NCBI GenBank assembly: GCA_949285835.1
Contig: CASEAR010000110.1
Span: 1 to 56,646, forward strand
DNA: 56,646 nucleotides
Direction of reading: 5' to 3'
DNA from: an uncultured Verrucomicrobiota bacterium
Lineage (GTDB): Bacteria > Verrucomicrobiota > Kiritimatiellia > RFP12 > UBA3636
Shown here: piece by piece, positions 1 through 8,916 of the stretch
Layout: every line of letters starts with the position of its first letter
How positions within the stretch are numbered: the stretch's first letter is position 1
Notes under the pieces: generated by a model
What the model was told of the DNA's origin: nothing
Databases searched by the model: none
Seen by the model: only the letters and a program-made list of their open reading frames with translations
Translations under genes and position numbers: made by a program

Positions 1-1
1 G

Positions 2-892
2 CTCAGAGGCGAGCGCATAGGCGTCATCGGACCGAACGGCTCCGGCAAAACGACTCTGCTCCGGCTTATGTCCGGGCAGCTTGAGCCGGAGTCGGGATCC
101 GTAACTCTCGGAAGCGGCGTCCGTATCGCGTACTTCGACCAACTCCACAGCTCGCTGAAACCGGAACTCTCCGTACGGAGGAATCTGGCCGATGACAGAG
201 ACGAGATCACGGTAAACGGCGTCTCTCGTCATATTTTCGGGTACCTGAGGGATTTCCTTTTCACTCCGGACAGAGCAGAAACCCCAGTTTCCGCATTGTC
301 CGGCGGAGAACGCGCCCGCCTGATCCTCGCCAAACTTTTCACAGATCCCGGCAACCTCCTCATCATGGACGAACCCACAAACGACCTCGACGTGGAGACT
401 CTGGAACTTCTCGAGGAGCAGCTGTCGTCGTACGACGGTACGGTTATCCTCGTGAGCCACGACCGCGCCTTCCTTGACAACGTCGCAACCTCGTCGTTTG
501 TGCTGGACGGACACGGCGGCGTGTCAGTTTTTCCCGGAGGTTATTCGGACTGGATTCAGCAGACCAGCCGGAATAAGCCGGACACTCAGAAAAACGGCGT
601 CTCCGGCGCGTCGCGTGCCGAATCCACGTCTAATCAAGCGAGTCGGCAGAACAGGAAGGACCGCCTCGGCTACATGGAACAACGCGAGCTCTCCGCCCTG
701 CCCGGCAAAATTGCGGAGATGGAAAACGAAATTGCGGAACTTAAAAAGAAACTGGAGGACGGCTCTTTCTTCGTGCGGTCGCCCAAGGAGGCCGCCGCCG
801 AAGCCGCACGCCTGATTTTGCAGGAAGAGGAGCTGGAACGGCTCATAGACAGGTGGGCCAATCTCGAAAGCCGGGCCTCGGCTTCCGGCTGA
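2..892 (+). CDS. uup: ABC-F family ATP-binding protein (Uup-like), 5'-truncated by window edge
   Basis: Walker A GPNGSGKT at window start, LSGGE signature, LLIMDEPTNDLD, VSHDR; C-terminal coiled-coil ending RWANLE typical of Uup. Confidence 0.85.
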   Translation, partial: LRGERIGVIGPNGSGKTTLLRLMSGQLEPESGSVTLGSGVRIAYFDQLHSSLKPELSVRRNLADDRDEITVNGVSRHIFGYLRDFLFTPDRAETPVSALSGGERARLILAKLFTDPGNLLIMDEPTNDLDVETLELLEEQLSSYDGTVILVSHDRAFLDNVATSSFVLDGHGGVSVFPGGYSDWIQQTSRNKPDTQKNGVSGASRAESTSNQASRQNRKDRLGYMEQRELSALPGKIAEMENEIAELKKKLEDGSFFVRSPKEAAAEAARLILQEEELERLIDRWANLESRASASG

Positions 893-1026
893 ATAACGTT
901 GTTCTCTGCGTTTCTCGCGAACACGTACCGGCCCCGCCGCTGTCAGCGCGATGCGCTTGCGCTGAACGCGTACGGGCGCAGCCGCCGCCGGAGCGATGGC
1001 CCGTCACAGCGCGTGCCGGATTAAAC

Positions 1027-1066
1027 AAAAAGCCCGCCGCATACGGGTGTCTCCGTACCGGCGGGC
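1027..1066 (-). terminator. Intrinsic terminator between convergent uup and greA
   Basis: Imperfect hairpin GCCCGCCG...CGGCGGGC (1032-1066) preceded by an A-tract (U-tract on minus strand). Confidence 0.6.
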
Positions 1067-1086
1067 AACTGATGCAGCTCCATGTT

Positions 1087-3351
1087 TCAGTGTTCAGAAA
1101 CGGATTTCTTTATGTTCTCGGAAAGAGGTTCGACCGACTTGAGCACGACGCTGACCACGGTTCCCGTCTCATCGGAAATATCCACGCTGTCACCGGCGGC
1201 ATGCCCGGACAGCGCCACCGCCAAACGGCTGCGCGACGGGATTATTCCGGAATCCGGATCGGAATCCCATTCACCCAGAATGTGATACCTGTTGACGGCG
1301 CCGCTCGGGTACGCCACCGAAACCGTGGTGCCGATGCCCGCCTTGCCATCAAACACAAAATCGGAGAAGTCCGTCGGCTTCACAGCGTCCAGATCCGCCG
1401 AAAGCTCCGCCTGCCGCTGAAGCAGCACCCTCTGGTGATCCTTGGCGGTCTGATATTCGAAATTCTCGCGCAAATCGCCATATCCGCGGGCGATTTCAAT
1501 GTCGCGGCTGTTCTGCGGGATTTCCACCTCCACGAGAATACGGTATTTCTCCTTGCGCTCGTTGTAGCTTCGCCAGGATGTAACGCGCTGAACATCTGAG
1601 TGTTCGCGGGGCGGCGCCGAAACCGGCTCCTCCGAAAGGAGCCCGGGGTACTTGGCCGCGATCTGCGCAGTTATCCGGCGCTTCGCCTCCGCCGTCCACT
1701 CGCCGTCAACAGACTTAATGCGTTCAAAACAGGAGCCGCGCTCGTAGTCATCCATCCCGGCAAACATGCTGAAAAGCCAGGCCTGATCTGTAAAACACTT
1801 TGCAATCTGATGCTGAAGCCGCAGATTCTCCCCGGAGACCTGCGGCTCAAGGGAGAGCAGAGCCGCAGTCATCACAACGGCCGCGGGCACAAGCTCGCAG
1901 ATTTCCTCCCTGTTCCGGTTCCTGCACACCCAGAAAAGAACCGCATAAGGCGGCTCCGGATCCGCAAACGCCCTCTTTATCGCCGACAGGGCGTCGTCCC
2001 TCGCGCTTCCGCCGAGGATTTTGGGGACAGCGCGCTCCAGAAGCGGATACGGCATCTCTGGGATTTTCTCCGCGAAAACAGAGGCCAGGCCGCCATCCGT
2101 GTCAAGGGGAATTCTGGCGACCATCGCGTCAAGCATCGAAGACGGCAATTTCGCCGCCGCATCCATCACTATGGAAGGGATGCGAAGCGTCTCCGCAAGC
2201 AGCACCTCCGTCTCATCGGACTTAGGCGCATCCGTGCCTTCAGACTCACGGAAGGCGAATTCTTCGTCGTGCCGCTTTCTCAACTTCACCCCCACGCTTT
2301 CGAAACCGAAATCAAGAGCCGCGAGAATGGTGCGCACCTTCTCCTTGTTGTCGTGAGTCGTCGCGCATGCCTTGAGGACGAAACCGATCCTGTCGCGCAG
2401 CACGCTCTTTCCCTCGTCGCTGACGGCTCCGGCCCCCGCAGCCTGCTTGAGTTCCTGCATTCTCGAAAGGAGTTCTTCCACATCGTTGAGAGCAGCCAGA
2501 GAAGAGAACCAGGCGCTGTCTCCGACAGTCCCTATGGACTCAACAAACGTTATCGGATCGTTCTTCCTGGCGACAGGCGGAATCTTTACATCCTTGCGCC
2601 CTTTGAGCTGGGCACGTGCTTTCGACCAGAACGAACGCCAATCGGTTTCCGGCGGAAGAACGCCGCCGGTCATTACGATCTCCAGCCTTGATGCCGACAT
2701 CGAACCAAAACTGGACAGCGTCATCAGCACAACCTTGCCAGGCTCATTTTCGCACATTTCCGCAAACTTCGCAGGATCCGCATGCCGCACGGCAAGCACG
2801 TGATCCGGCGACACGGGACGCAACGCATCCGACGCGTAGGAAAACAACATCGTATGTCCCGGCTTCCTGTCAAAGTCGACTATCACGCGTTTGTAAAAAT
2901 CGTCCACCTTCCTGACGATGCCAAAGCCCCACGTCGCGTCGTAACAACCCGTGCCGGGAACCAGCCCTATGAGATTTTCTATCTTCCTTATGCAGTCGAG
3001 AGGTTTCTGCGTGCCGAAACCGGCACTCTCCACAATCGCCGCCGTCAGCCGGTCCTTCGACCCGGCTACAAGCACATCATGGCACTCCTGCCCGTATGCA
3101 ATACTGTTCCCGAGCCAGCCCGCGCGCATCTTCACGAGACGGAGCAGCGGACCGAAATTCCGGTCCACCTCGAGTTTTTTCTGCAAAATGAGATAGCAAT
3201 CGTCCCTGCGCTGATATTGCGCCCCATTATGAAGGTCCGACAACATCCCGGCAAGCTCGTCAAATCGCATATCCGGCGCGTCAAGCTCTTCAAGGAAACG
3301 TTGCTCAATCTTGAAATCTGCGGACTCCTGCGTGTCTGTTGTATCTGCCAT
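1087..3351 (-). CDS. greA: GreA/GreB family elongation factor with ~590-aa N-terminal extension
   Basis: C-terminal GreA domain: IPQNSRDIEIARGYGDLRENFEYQTAK, ILGEWDSDP, SRLAVAL. Confidence 0.85.
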   Translation of the reverse strand: MADTTDTQESADFKIEQRFLEELDAPDMRFDELAGMLSDLHNGAQYQRRDDCYLILQKKLEVDRNFGPLLRLVKMRAGWLGNSIAYGQECHDVLVAGSKDRLTAAIVESAGFGTQKPLDCIRKIENLIGLVPGTGCYDATWGFGIVRKVDDFYKRVIVDFDRKPGHTMLFSYASDALRPVSPDHVLAVRHADPAKFAEMCENEPGKVVLMTLSSFGSMSASRLEIVMTGGVLPPETDWRSFWSKARAQLKGRKDVKIPPVARKNDPITFVESIGTVGDSAWFSSLAALNDVEELLSRMQELKQAAGAGAVSDEGKSVLRDRIGFVLKACATTHDNKEKVRTILAALDFGFESVGVKLRKRHDEEFAFRESEGTDAPKSDETEVLLAETLRIPSIVMDAAAKLPSSMLDAMVARIPLDTDGGLASVFAEKIPEMPYPLLERAVPKILGGSARDDALSAIKRAFADPEPPYAVLFWVCRNRNREEICELVPAAVVMTAALLSLEPQVSGENLRLQHQIAKCFTDQAWLFSMFAGMDDYERGSCFERIKSVDGEWTAEAKRRITAQIAAKYPGLLSEEPVSAPPREHSDVQRVTSWRSYNERKEKYRILVEVEIPQNSRDIEIARGYGDLRENFEYQTAKDHQRVLLQRQAELSADLDAVKPTDFSDFVFDGKAGIGTTVSVAYPSGAVNRYHILGEWDSDPDSGIIPSRSRLAVALSGHAAGDSVDISDETGTVVSVVLKSVEPLSENIKKSVSEH

Positions 3352-3492
3352 GACCTTTTCCCCTGCTTTATCGCGCCGTGAAACGTCTCCTCCACGCCTT
3401 CAGAAAGAACGACGAAACCGTACATCACCGGTGCGGAAGTGACGACATTACCACAAAGAAGCTCGAAATGGAACAAAAAAACAAAATTATGG

Positions 3493-3522
3493 TTGCAAAC
3501 TGTGTCGTCCGTGTGATAAGAT
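3493..3522 (+). promoter_or_regulatory. Sigma70-type promoter for tRNA-Glu
   Basis: TTGCAA-N18-TAAGAT with TG extended -10, about 20 bp upstream of the tRNA. Confidence 0.5.
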
Positions 3523-3543
3523 GCCCGCGTTTTCCGTTTGTAA

Positions 3544-3618
3544 GCGCCTATCGTCTATCGGTTAGGACATGAGGTTTTCATCCTTAAAAGCGGGGTCCGA
3601 CTCCCCGTAGGCGCGCCA
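3544..3618 (+). tRNA. tRNA-Glu (TTC)
   Basis: Acceptor GCGCCTA/TAGGCGC, anticodon arm TGAGG-TTTTCAT-CCTTA, T-arm CGGGG-TCCGACT-CCCCG, encoded CCA. Confidence 0.9.
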
Positions 3619-3693
3619 GACGGAGAGTTGCCGGTTCAGTTTTGTATTGACCCGGCGGCGCGATACGATGTACACTTCGCCGTGTATTGATTC

Positions 3694-3780
3694 GCTCGGG
3701 TGGCGGAATAGGCAGACGCGCCAGCTTGAGGGGCTGGTGGGAGCAATCTTGTGCGGGTTCAAATCCCGCCCCGAGCACCA
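3694..3780 (+). tRNA. tRNA-Leu (GAG)
   Basis: Acceptor GCTCGGG/CCCGAGC, anticodon arm CCAGC-TTGAGGG-GCTGG, long variable arm, GTTCAAATC T-loop, CCA; TTGACC-N18-TACACT upstream. Confidence 0.95.
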
Positions 3781-3793
3781 TGTTTGACTTTAT

Positions 3794-3830
3794 GGCGTTC
3801 CGGATTTCTTCCGGACGCCGTTTGTTTTTT
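3794..3830 (+). terminator. Intrinsic terminator after tRNA-Leu
   Basis: GGCGTTCCGGA...TCCGGACGCC stem followed by TTTGTTTTTT. Confidence 0.7.
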
Positions 3831-4419
3831 CAGCCGGTACGGCGTGTCTTTGATATACGCCTCGCCGGATTTCTTTACTGCGCCGCAACCCGTTTTCCCG
3901 TAAATTGCGAACCGGATTCCATGGGTCTCGAACGTGCAGACGCCACGACACCTATAGGCACGGCAAAACACGCTCGCAAAGCATCAGATCTCGACGCGGC
4001 GAATGCGTCCCCCCGCACATAAACGCAGCAAAACACGCGCTGCGGAACACCCTGCAGGTCACGTTGCTAAGTCTGCCGCAGAACTAATCTCGGGAATGAG
4101 GTTCATCCCTGCACGGCTCACGCCGGGCAGAGATACGATTCGGGCGTTTTTTCGGCCTTGCGTCAAAAGCATTCCGCACGCGCCACGGCCATTCCATTCT
4201 CAGGCTGTTCTTACGACTTCCGAATGAAAAAATTTGCGCAGACGTGCGAACGGTGCGACCAGCCGGCATCCCGCACATCCGGCCCGCCCGGAAGCTTACA
4301 AAAAGCCCCGGAACGGTCCTGCACGGGAACCGCATAGCCCTGCACCGGCAACGGAACAGTGCAGCACGGCGGGCAGTGCATTCAGAGCAGTTACACACCG
4401 CGCAGCGCGGGCCGTCAAA

Positions 4420-4448
4420 TTGACACAGGTTTTTCAGTCTGTTATACT
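4420..4448 (+). promoter_or_regulatory. Near-consensus sigma70 promoter driving the putative 6S RNA
   Basis: TTGACA-N17-TATACT. Confidence 0.75.
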
Positions 4449-4477
4449 TGCCGCAGTTTTACAACTGAAACGAGTTT

Positions 4478-4650
4478 CTGCCCCCGCACGCGGACATTCC
4501 TCATTTTTCTAACCTACGAGTATTCCAGGGAGCGAGAAAACGAAGACCGACCACATGCCGTTATCACGGACTTGGAACGTCTCGGATATCGCACCCACCT
4601 CTTAAAAGAGGGTTTGGAAGAATTTGGAAATACGGCGGGGGCGGTTTTTT
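4478..4650 (+). ncRNA. ssrS: 6S RNA (SsrS-like)
   Basis: ~170-nt rod: 5' CTGCCCCCGC pairs with 3' GCGGGGGCGG plus U-tract; TTCTAACC/GGTTTGGAA and GGGAGCGA/TCGCACCC helices flank a central bubble; GCACCCACCT motif with a small 3'-bubble hairpin as in 6S RNAs; strong promoter and no credible ORF. Confidence 0.7.
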
Positions 4651-4651
4651 A

Positions 4652-5677
4652 TCAGGAGAAACACTTGCCGTCGGATCCCGGAGCCGCATCCGCGCGGCGC
4701 AGTACATGCAGGACGGCTTCCGGGGGACAATTAAGCCGTACCGGCACGCCGCCGCCGCCAAGCCCTCTGGTAGTCCACCCCTGCGTGCCGCCTTCCCTCC
4801 AGGCGCCAGACCAGAATCTTCTGGGGCTCGAATCATTGCGCACGTGTATCATCCTCCCGCTCGGAAGGCAAATCTGACCTCCATGCAGGTGCCCCGACAT
4901 CACAAAGTCGATTCCTGCGGCAGCAGCCCGTGCGTAAATGCACGGAGAATGCGACAGCAGCAGCCGCACCGCCCCCGGCGGAATGCCTCGGCATGCACCG
5001 TCCAGATCATCCGTCCTGAATTTGTTTGGATCGTCGATACCGACAAAATATATCTTCTCTCCGCCGCGTTCCACGGGCACAGACTCATTAAGCAGCATCG
5101 TAATGCCCAGCGACTCGTAAAAAGGCACATCGTGGAGCGAATCATGATTCCCGAGCACACCGAAAACGGGCCCGTGCAGAGCCCCGGTAATACGCGACAG
5201 CCGCCGCGCGACACTGCCGCGCGGATGTATTGTCATGTTGTTGAAATCGCCCGTTATCGCCACCGCATCGTACTTCAGCCCGGAAACCGTCCCGGCTATC
5301 ACTCCGGCCAGCCGCTCGTCAAGATCCAGATGCATATCGGAAAAGTGAAGCACCGTAAATCCGTCGAACAGGTCTGGCAGGCCGCGGACAAACACCTCGT
5401 TCCGGACGACAACCGGAGACAGGAACTCCCGGTACCCGCGATCCCACAGCCCCGAAACCTTCAGCACCACTCTGAGAATGCGGGAAATAGCCGGGAGGGG
5501 GCACCATCTGACCATCCCGAAGAGAGCATATTCACGGCTCATCTCCATGCGCACGCGCTTGAAATAACGCTCCCTCCCAAAACGATCCGCGACCGCGGCA
5601 TCTTCCGGACTGAAATCGTTCGCATAAGCGCCCGCGGCATGTGCGCCGCGCGTCGCAGCCCCGCGGAACATGCGCAT
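4652..5677 (-). CDS. Calcineurin-like metallophosphoesterase
   Basis: Motifs SDMH, TGDF, GNHD, LLSH, SGHLHGGQI. Confidence 0.85.
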   Translation of the reverse strand: MRMFRGAATRGAHAAGAYANDFSPEDAAVADRFGRERYFKRVRMEMSREYALFGMVRWCPLPAISRILRVVLKVSGLWDRGYREFLSPVVVRNEVFVRGLPDLFDGFTVLHFSDMHLDLDERLAGVIAGTVSGLKYDAVAITGDFNNMTIHPRGSVARRLSRITGALHGPVFGVLGNHDSLHDVPFYESLGITMLLNESVPVERGGEKIYFVGIDDPNKFRTDDLDGACRGIPPGAVRLLLSHSPCIYARAAAAGIDFVMSGHLHGGQICLPSGRMIHVRNDSSPRRFWSGAWREGGTQGWTTRGLGGGGVPVRLNCPPEAVLHVLRRADAAPGSDGKCFS

Positions 5678-5698
5678 ATCGTCTCGCCCCCGGCAGGA

Positions 5699-7165
5699 TT
5701 ACGACCTGTAATTCGGAGCCTCACGCATGATCTTGACGTCGTGCGGATGAGCCTCGCGCACGCCAGCGGGCGACACGCGGACAAACTTCGCGGTGCGGCG
5801 CAATTCGTCGATATTGTGTGCGCCGCAGTATCCGAGCGAGGACTGAAGTCCCCCGCAGAACTGCGTCATGACCTTTTTCACCGTACCGGCGTACGGCACG
5901 ATCCCCTCAATGCCCTGCGGCACGAGTTCGTCCGGGTTCGAAGTAGTCTGCGCGTACCTCTCGCGGCTCCCCTTTCCGGCGATCATTGCCGCAAGACTTC
6001 CCATACCGCGGTAGACCACGTAATGCCGGCCTTCGTGTATTATCTTCTCTCCGGGGCTTTCCTCTGTGGCGGCCAATATCGACCCGAGCATGACAGACTC
6101 CGCGCCCGCGGCAAACGCCTTGGGAACATCGCCGGAATGCCTGATTCCGCCGTCCGATATCACCGGGATTGAATCCTCCAGCGCCCGCGACGCCTCGAAA
6201 ACGGCAGTGATCTGCGGCACGCCGACGCCGCAGACAACGCGCGTCGTGCATATGGATCCCGGACCGATTCCCACCTTCACAGCATGCGCGCCCGCCTTGC
6301 GCAGAGCGAGAGCCCCTTCGGCCGTGGCAACATTGCCGCCGATGACGTCTATGTCAGGGAAATGGGAGACAATCCACTCGACCATCTCCAGAATCCCCTT
6401 CGTATGCCCGTGAGCGCTGTCCACGACTATCACGTCCACGCCTTCCTGCGCAAGCATCTCAACCCTTTCATGGTCGCTGCCTCCGCTCACTCCGGCGGCG
6501 ACCCTGAGCCTGTACTGGGAATCACGGTTCGCCATGGGAAGATTGCGCTCCACAAGGTTGCGCACATCGGTGAAGCTGTAAAGGCCGCTGAGCCGACCAG
6601 AATCGTCCACCAGAGGAAGTTTTCCCTTCTTGCGGCTTCGCATAATGCGGTACGCCTCCTCAAGAGAAGTGCCGGAAGGCGCCGTTATAACGTCCTTCGT
6701 CATTACGTCGGAAATCTTAAGCGACGTCTTGTCCGCATATGCCAGATCCTTTCCGGTAAGCACGCCGACCACATGCCCGGAATCGTCAAGAATCGGGAAG
6801 CCGCTGAAGTTGTATTTGCGTTCCTCGCGCTCGGCCATCACCTCAGCCACCGTCTGATTCTCGTTGAATGTGACAGGGTGATGTATCAGCCCGTTGAGAT
6901 GATGCTTCACCATGCTCACCTGATCGGCCTGAGCCTCCGCAGTCATGTTCTTGTGGATGACCCCTATTCCGCCGAGCATCGCCATCGCTATAGCCATGCG
7001 GCTCTCCGTAACGGTGTCCATGGCCGCGCTCACAAACGGCATATTCAAGCTTATGCGCGACGTCAGGCGCGTCTTTATCGACGTGGAATCAGGCAGAAAG
7101 TCGGCATATTGCGTCACAAGCGATATGTCGTCGAATGTCAGCCCCTCGAACCGGAAATGATTCAT
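5699..7165 (-). CDS. guaB: IMP dehydrogenase (with CBS pair)
   Basis: [27 protein letters not shown] catalytic loop, YRGMGS; start placed at MNHFRFEG. Confidence 0.97.
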   Translation of the reverse strand: MNHFRFEGLTFDDISLVTQYADFLPDSTSIKTRLTSRISLNMPFVSAAMDTVTESRMAIAMAMLGGIGVIHKNMTAEAQADQVSMVKHHLNGLIHHPVTFNENQTVAEVMAEREERKYNFSGFPILDDSGHVVGVLTGKDLAYADKTSLKISDVMTKDVITAPSGTSLEEAYRIMRSRKKGKLPLVDDSGRLSGLYSFTDVRNLVERNLPMANRDSQYRLRVAAGVSGGSDHERVEMLAQEGVDVIVVDSAHGHTKGILEMVEWIVSHFPDIDVIGGNVATAEGALALRKAGAHAVKVGIGPGSICTTRVVCGVGVPQITAVFEASRALEDSIPVISDGGIRHSGDVPKAFAAGAESVMLGSILAATEESPGEKIIHEGRHYVVYRGMGSLAAMIAGKGSRERYAQTTSNPDELVPQGIEGIVPYAGTVKKVMTQFCGGLQSSLGYCGAHNIDELRRTAKFVRVSPAGVREAHPHDVKIMREAPNYRS

Positions 7166-7605
7166 GAACTCTTCAGCGTAAGGATTAATATGCAAACCGA
7201 ACCTCCGATTTTCGCACAGCATAAGACTGCCGTACAGACCATGTAAATGCTTGTTTTGCCAACGCAGTTTATCACGTTGCCCCAAGACATATCAAGACAA
7301 AATTTCTGTCCGGAACATGCAGACACATTGAAGCTTATACTGCACAATAACACATCAACAGCAAACTAAGCTTCTCTTTCGGGAGAAAAAACGCCACCTG
7401 CTCGCAGAATATATATATCAACGGCTCTCAATGGTAGAAAGTCAACCGGTAAAATCGTTAAAAAAATTCAAAACAACAGGCCGGCTGATCAATCAAAACC
7501 AGCCGGCTCCATTTTACAAATGCCGTGGGAAACGCCATTCCCACCGCTGAGGAAGCCGGCCATCGGTCTCAGCACCGACAGACTTTTCCGGGTCTGTGGA
7601 ACCTT

Positions 7606-8041
7606 TTATATCAGTTCCCGATTTAGATTCTGCAGAGTTTTTTCCAAACTAGCCCTAATCTGACACTCCCACATCACAATCACCTTCCATCCAAGCGCTT
7701 CAAGTTTTTGAATATGATCCTGATCTCTTCGCTTTGTTCGTTCCAACTTGGTACCCCAGTATGTTTTGTTTGACTGGCTCGTATGGGCATACCGGCTTAC
7801 GCAATCATGCCCATGCCAGTAGCATCCATGAATAAAAACGGCTATTTTCTTCTTGGTAAAGACAATATCTGGTTTACCTGGTAACGCCTTATAATTGACC
7901 CTGTACCGGAATCCCATCGCAAAGAGGCTGCGGCGTACCATCATCTCAATAGCGGCGTACCATCATCTCAATACTGGTATCCTTACTCTTGATGTGGGAC
8001 ATGATTTTACTTCTCCGGACAGAAGAAATCGTATCAGCCAT
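7606..8041 (-). pseudogene. vsr: Very-short-patch repair endonuclease Vsr, frameshifted by a 22-bp tandem duplication
   Basis: N-terminus MADTISSVRRSKIMSHIKSKDTSIEMMVRR from ATG at 8041; remainder (LPGKPDIVF, FIHGCYWHGH, GWKVIVMWEC) in another frame; exact duplication at 7930-7951/7952-7973 creates TGA. Confidence 0.85.
7930..7973. repeat. Exact 22-bp tandem duplication GCGGCGTACCATCATCTCAATA x2
   Basis: Directly visible in the sequence. Confidence 0.95.
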
Positions 8042-8916
8042 TACACAGTCAAATCCAGAGGCAAATCAGAGATATCCTTTAACCGCTTTCCGTGAACAAG
8101 AGCTTCCAAGGTTTCAACCGAATCCTCGGAGCCAACTTCTTTGACTGCACGAATCAGCTCATAAAGGGCGAAGTGGTAGACACAATCAATATCACCTGTT
8201 CCTAATGCAAGTGAGGACAGACGGGTTGGCATGGGTTCCGCCGTAACTACAACGATGTGGGGCAGGTGTCCCTTCCTGTTTCGAATCAAATTCAGTGCCT
8301 CAGTCCGGCTGTTCTGGGACCGATCACTTCTCATTGTAAACTTGGCTGATACACTTGCGTGCAGTATAGGTTTACCGCCATTGGCTTTCCGAATATCTGC
8401 CATTTTGCTGACATCTGCATCAACGATACACTGAGCGGCATTGATTTCACCATCTTCGTATAGATCACGATAAACCACTACATCTGGTGACACAAGATAA
8501 TCGTTCCCCAAAGCAGCCGCCAACTGGGCATTCTGTGCAGTAAGTGCATTCAAGTACGCAAGATGCTCATACTGAGCAAAGTCACTTGTTTTCAGTTTGT
8601 TGTTATTTCCAAGCTGAAGAATTGTCCAACGTCCTGGCCGTAAATTCTGAAGCTTAGGGAAAGTTTCACGCAAAAAGTCCATTGTAAGGATTTCAAACTG
8701 TTTGCCGAGTGTTTGTCCAGAAATTTTGTCCACTGTATTTGCTGCGTGATGATGTTCTCCAAGCAAAATATCAATAATTTTTCTGGAAATTGCCTTTGAC
8801 CCTCGGCTGCTGGTATCTGCATTTGATGCTATGCCAGCCGAAGTCAATGTAAGGGTGTTTGTTTCAAACAACCGCTCGTGAAAGTGAAATCTTGCAGTTG
8901 CTATCATTGCGTCCAT
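8041..8916 (-). CDS. Type II restriction endonuclease, NgoMIV family
   Basis: SPDVVV, LHASVSAKFTMRSDRSQNSRTEALNLIRNRKGHLPHIVVVTAEP, GTGDIDCVYHFAL match NgoMIV-family motifs; GGAGAG RBS before ATG at 8916. Confidence 0.85.
   Translation of the reverse strand: MDAMIATARFHFHERLFETNTLTLTSAGIASNADTSSRGSKAISRKIIDILLGEHHHAANTVDKISGQTLGKQFEILTMDFLRETFPKLQNLRPGRWTILQLGNNNKLKTSDFAQYEHLAYLNALTAQNAQLAAALGNDYLVSPDVVVYRDLYEDGEINAAQCIVDADVSKMADIRKANGGKPILHASVSAKFTMRSDRSQNSRTEALNLIRNRKGHLPHIVVVTAEPMPTRLSSLALGTGDIDCVYHFALYELIRAVKEVGSEDSVETLEALVHGKRLKDISDLPLDLTV

Noticed and set aside
853-3381. Several 200-360-aa + strand ORFs
   Set aside because: Antisense to greA with no independent coding signal.
4706-7246. 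488-aa and 320-aa + strand ORFs
   Set aside because: Antisense shadows of the phosphoesterase gene and guaB, expected in GC-rich DNA.
7166-7400. Purine riboswitch upstream of guaB
   Set aside because: The conserved TA...ATATGG...GTTTCTACC core was not found on the minus strand.
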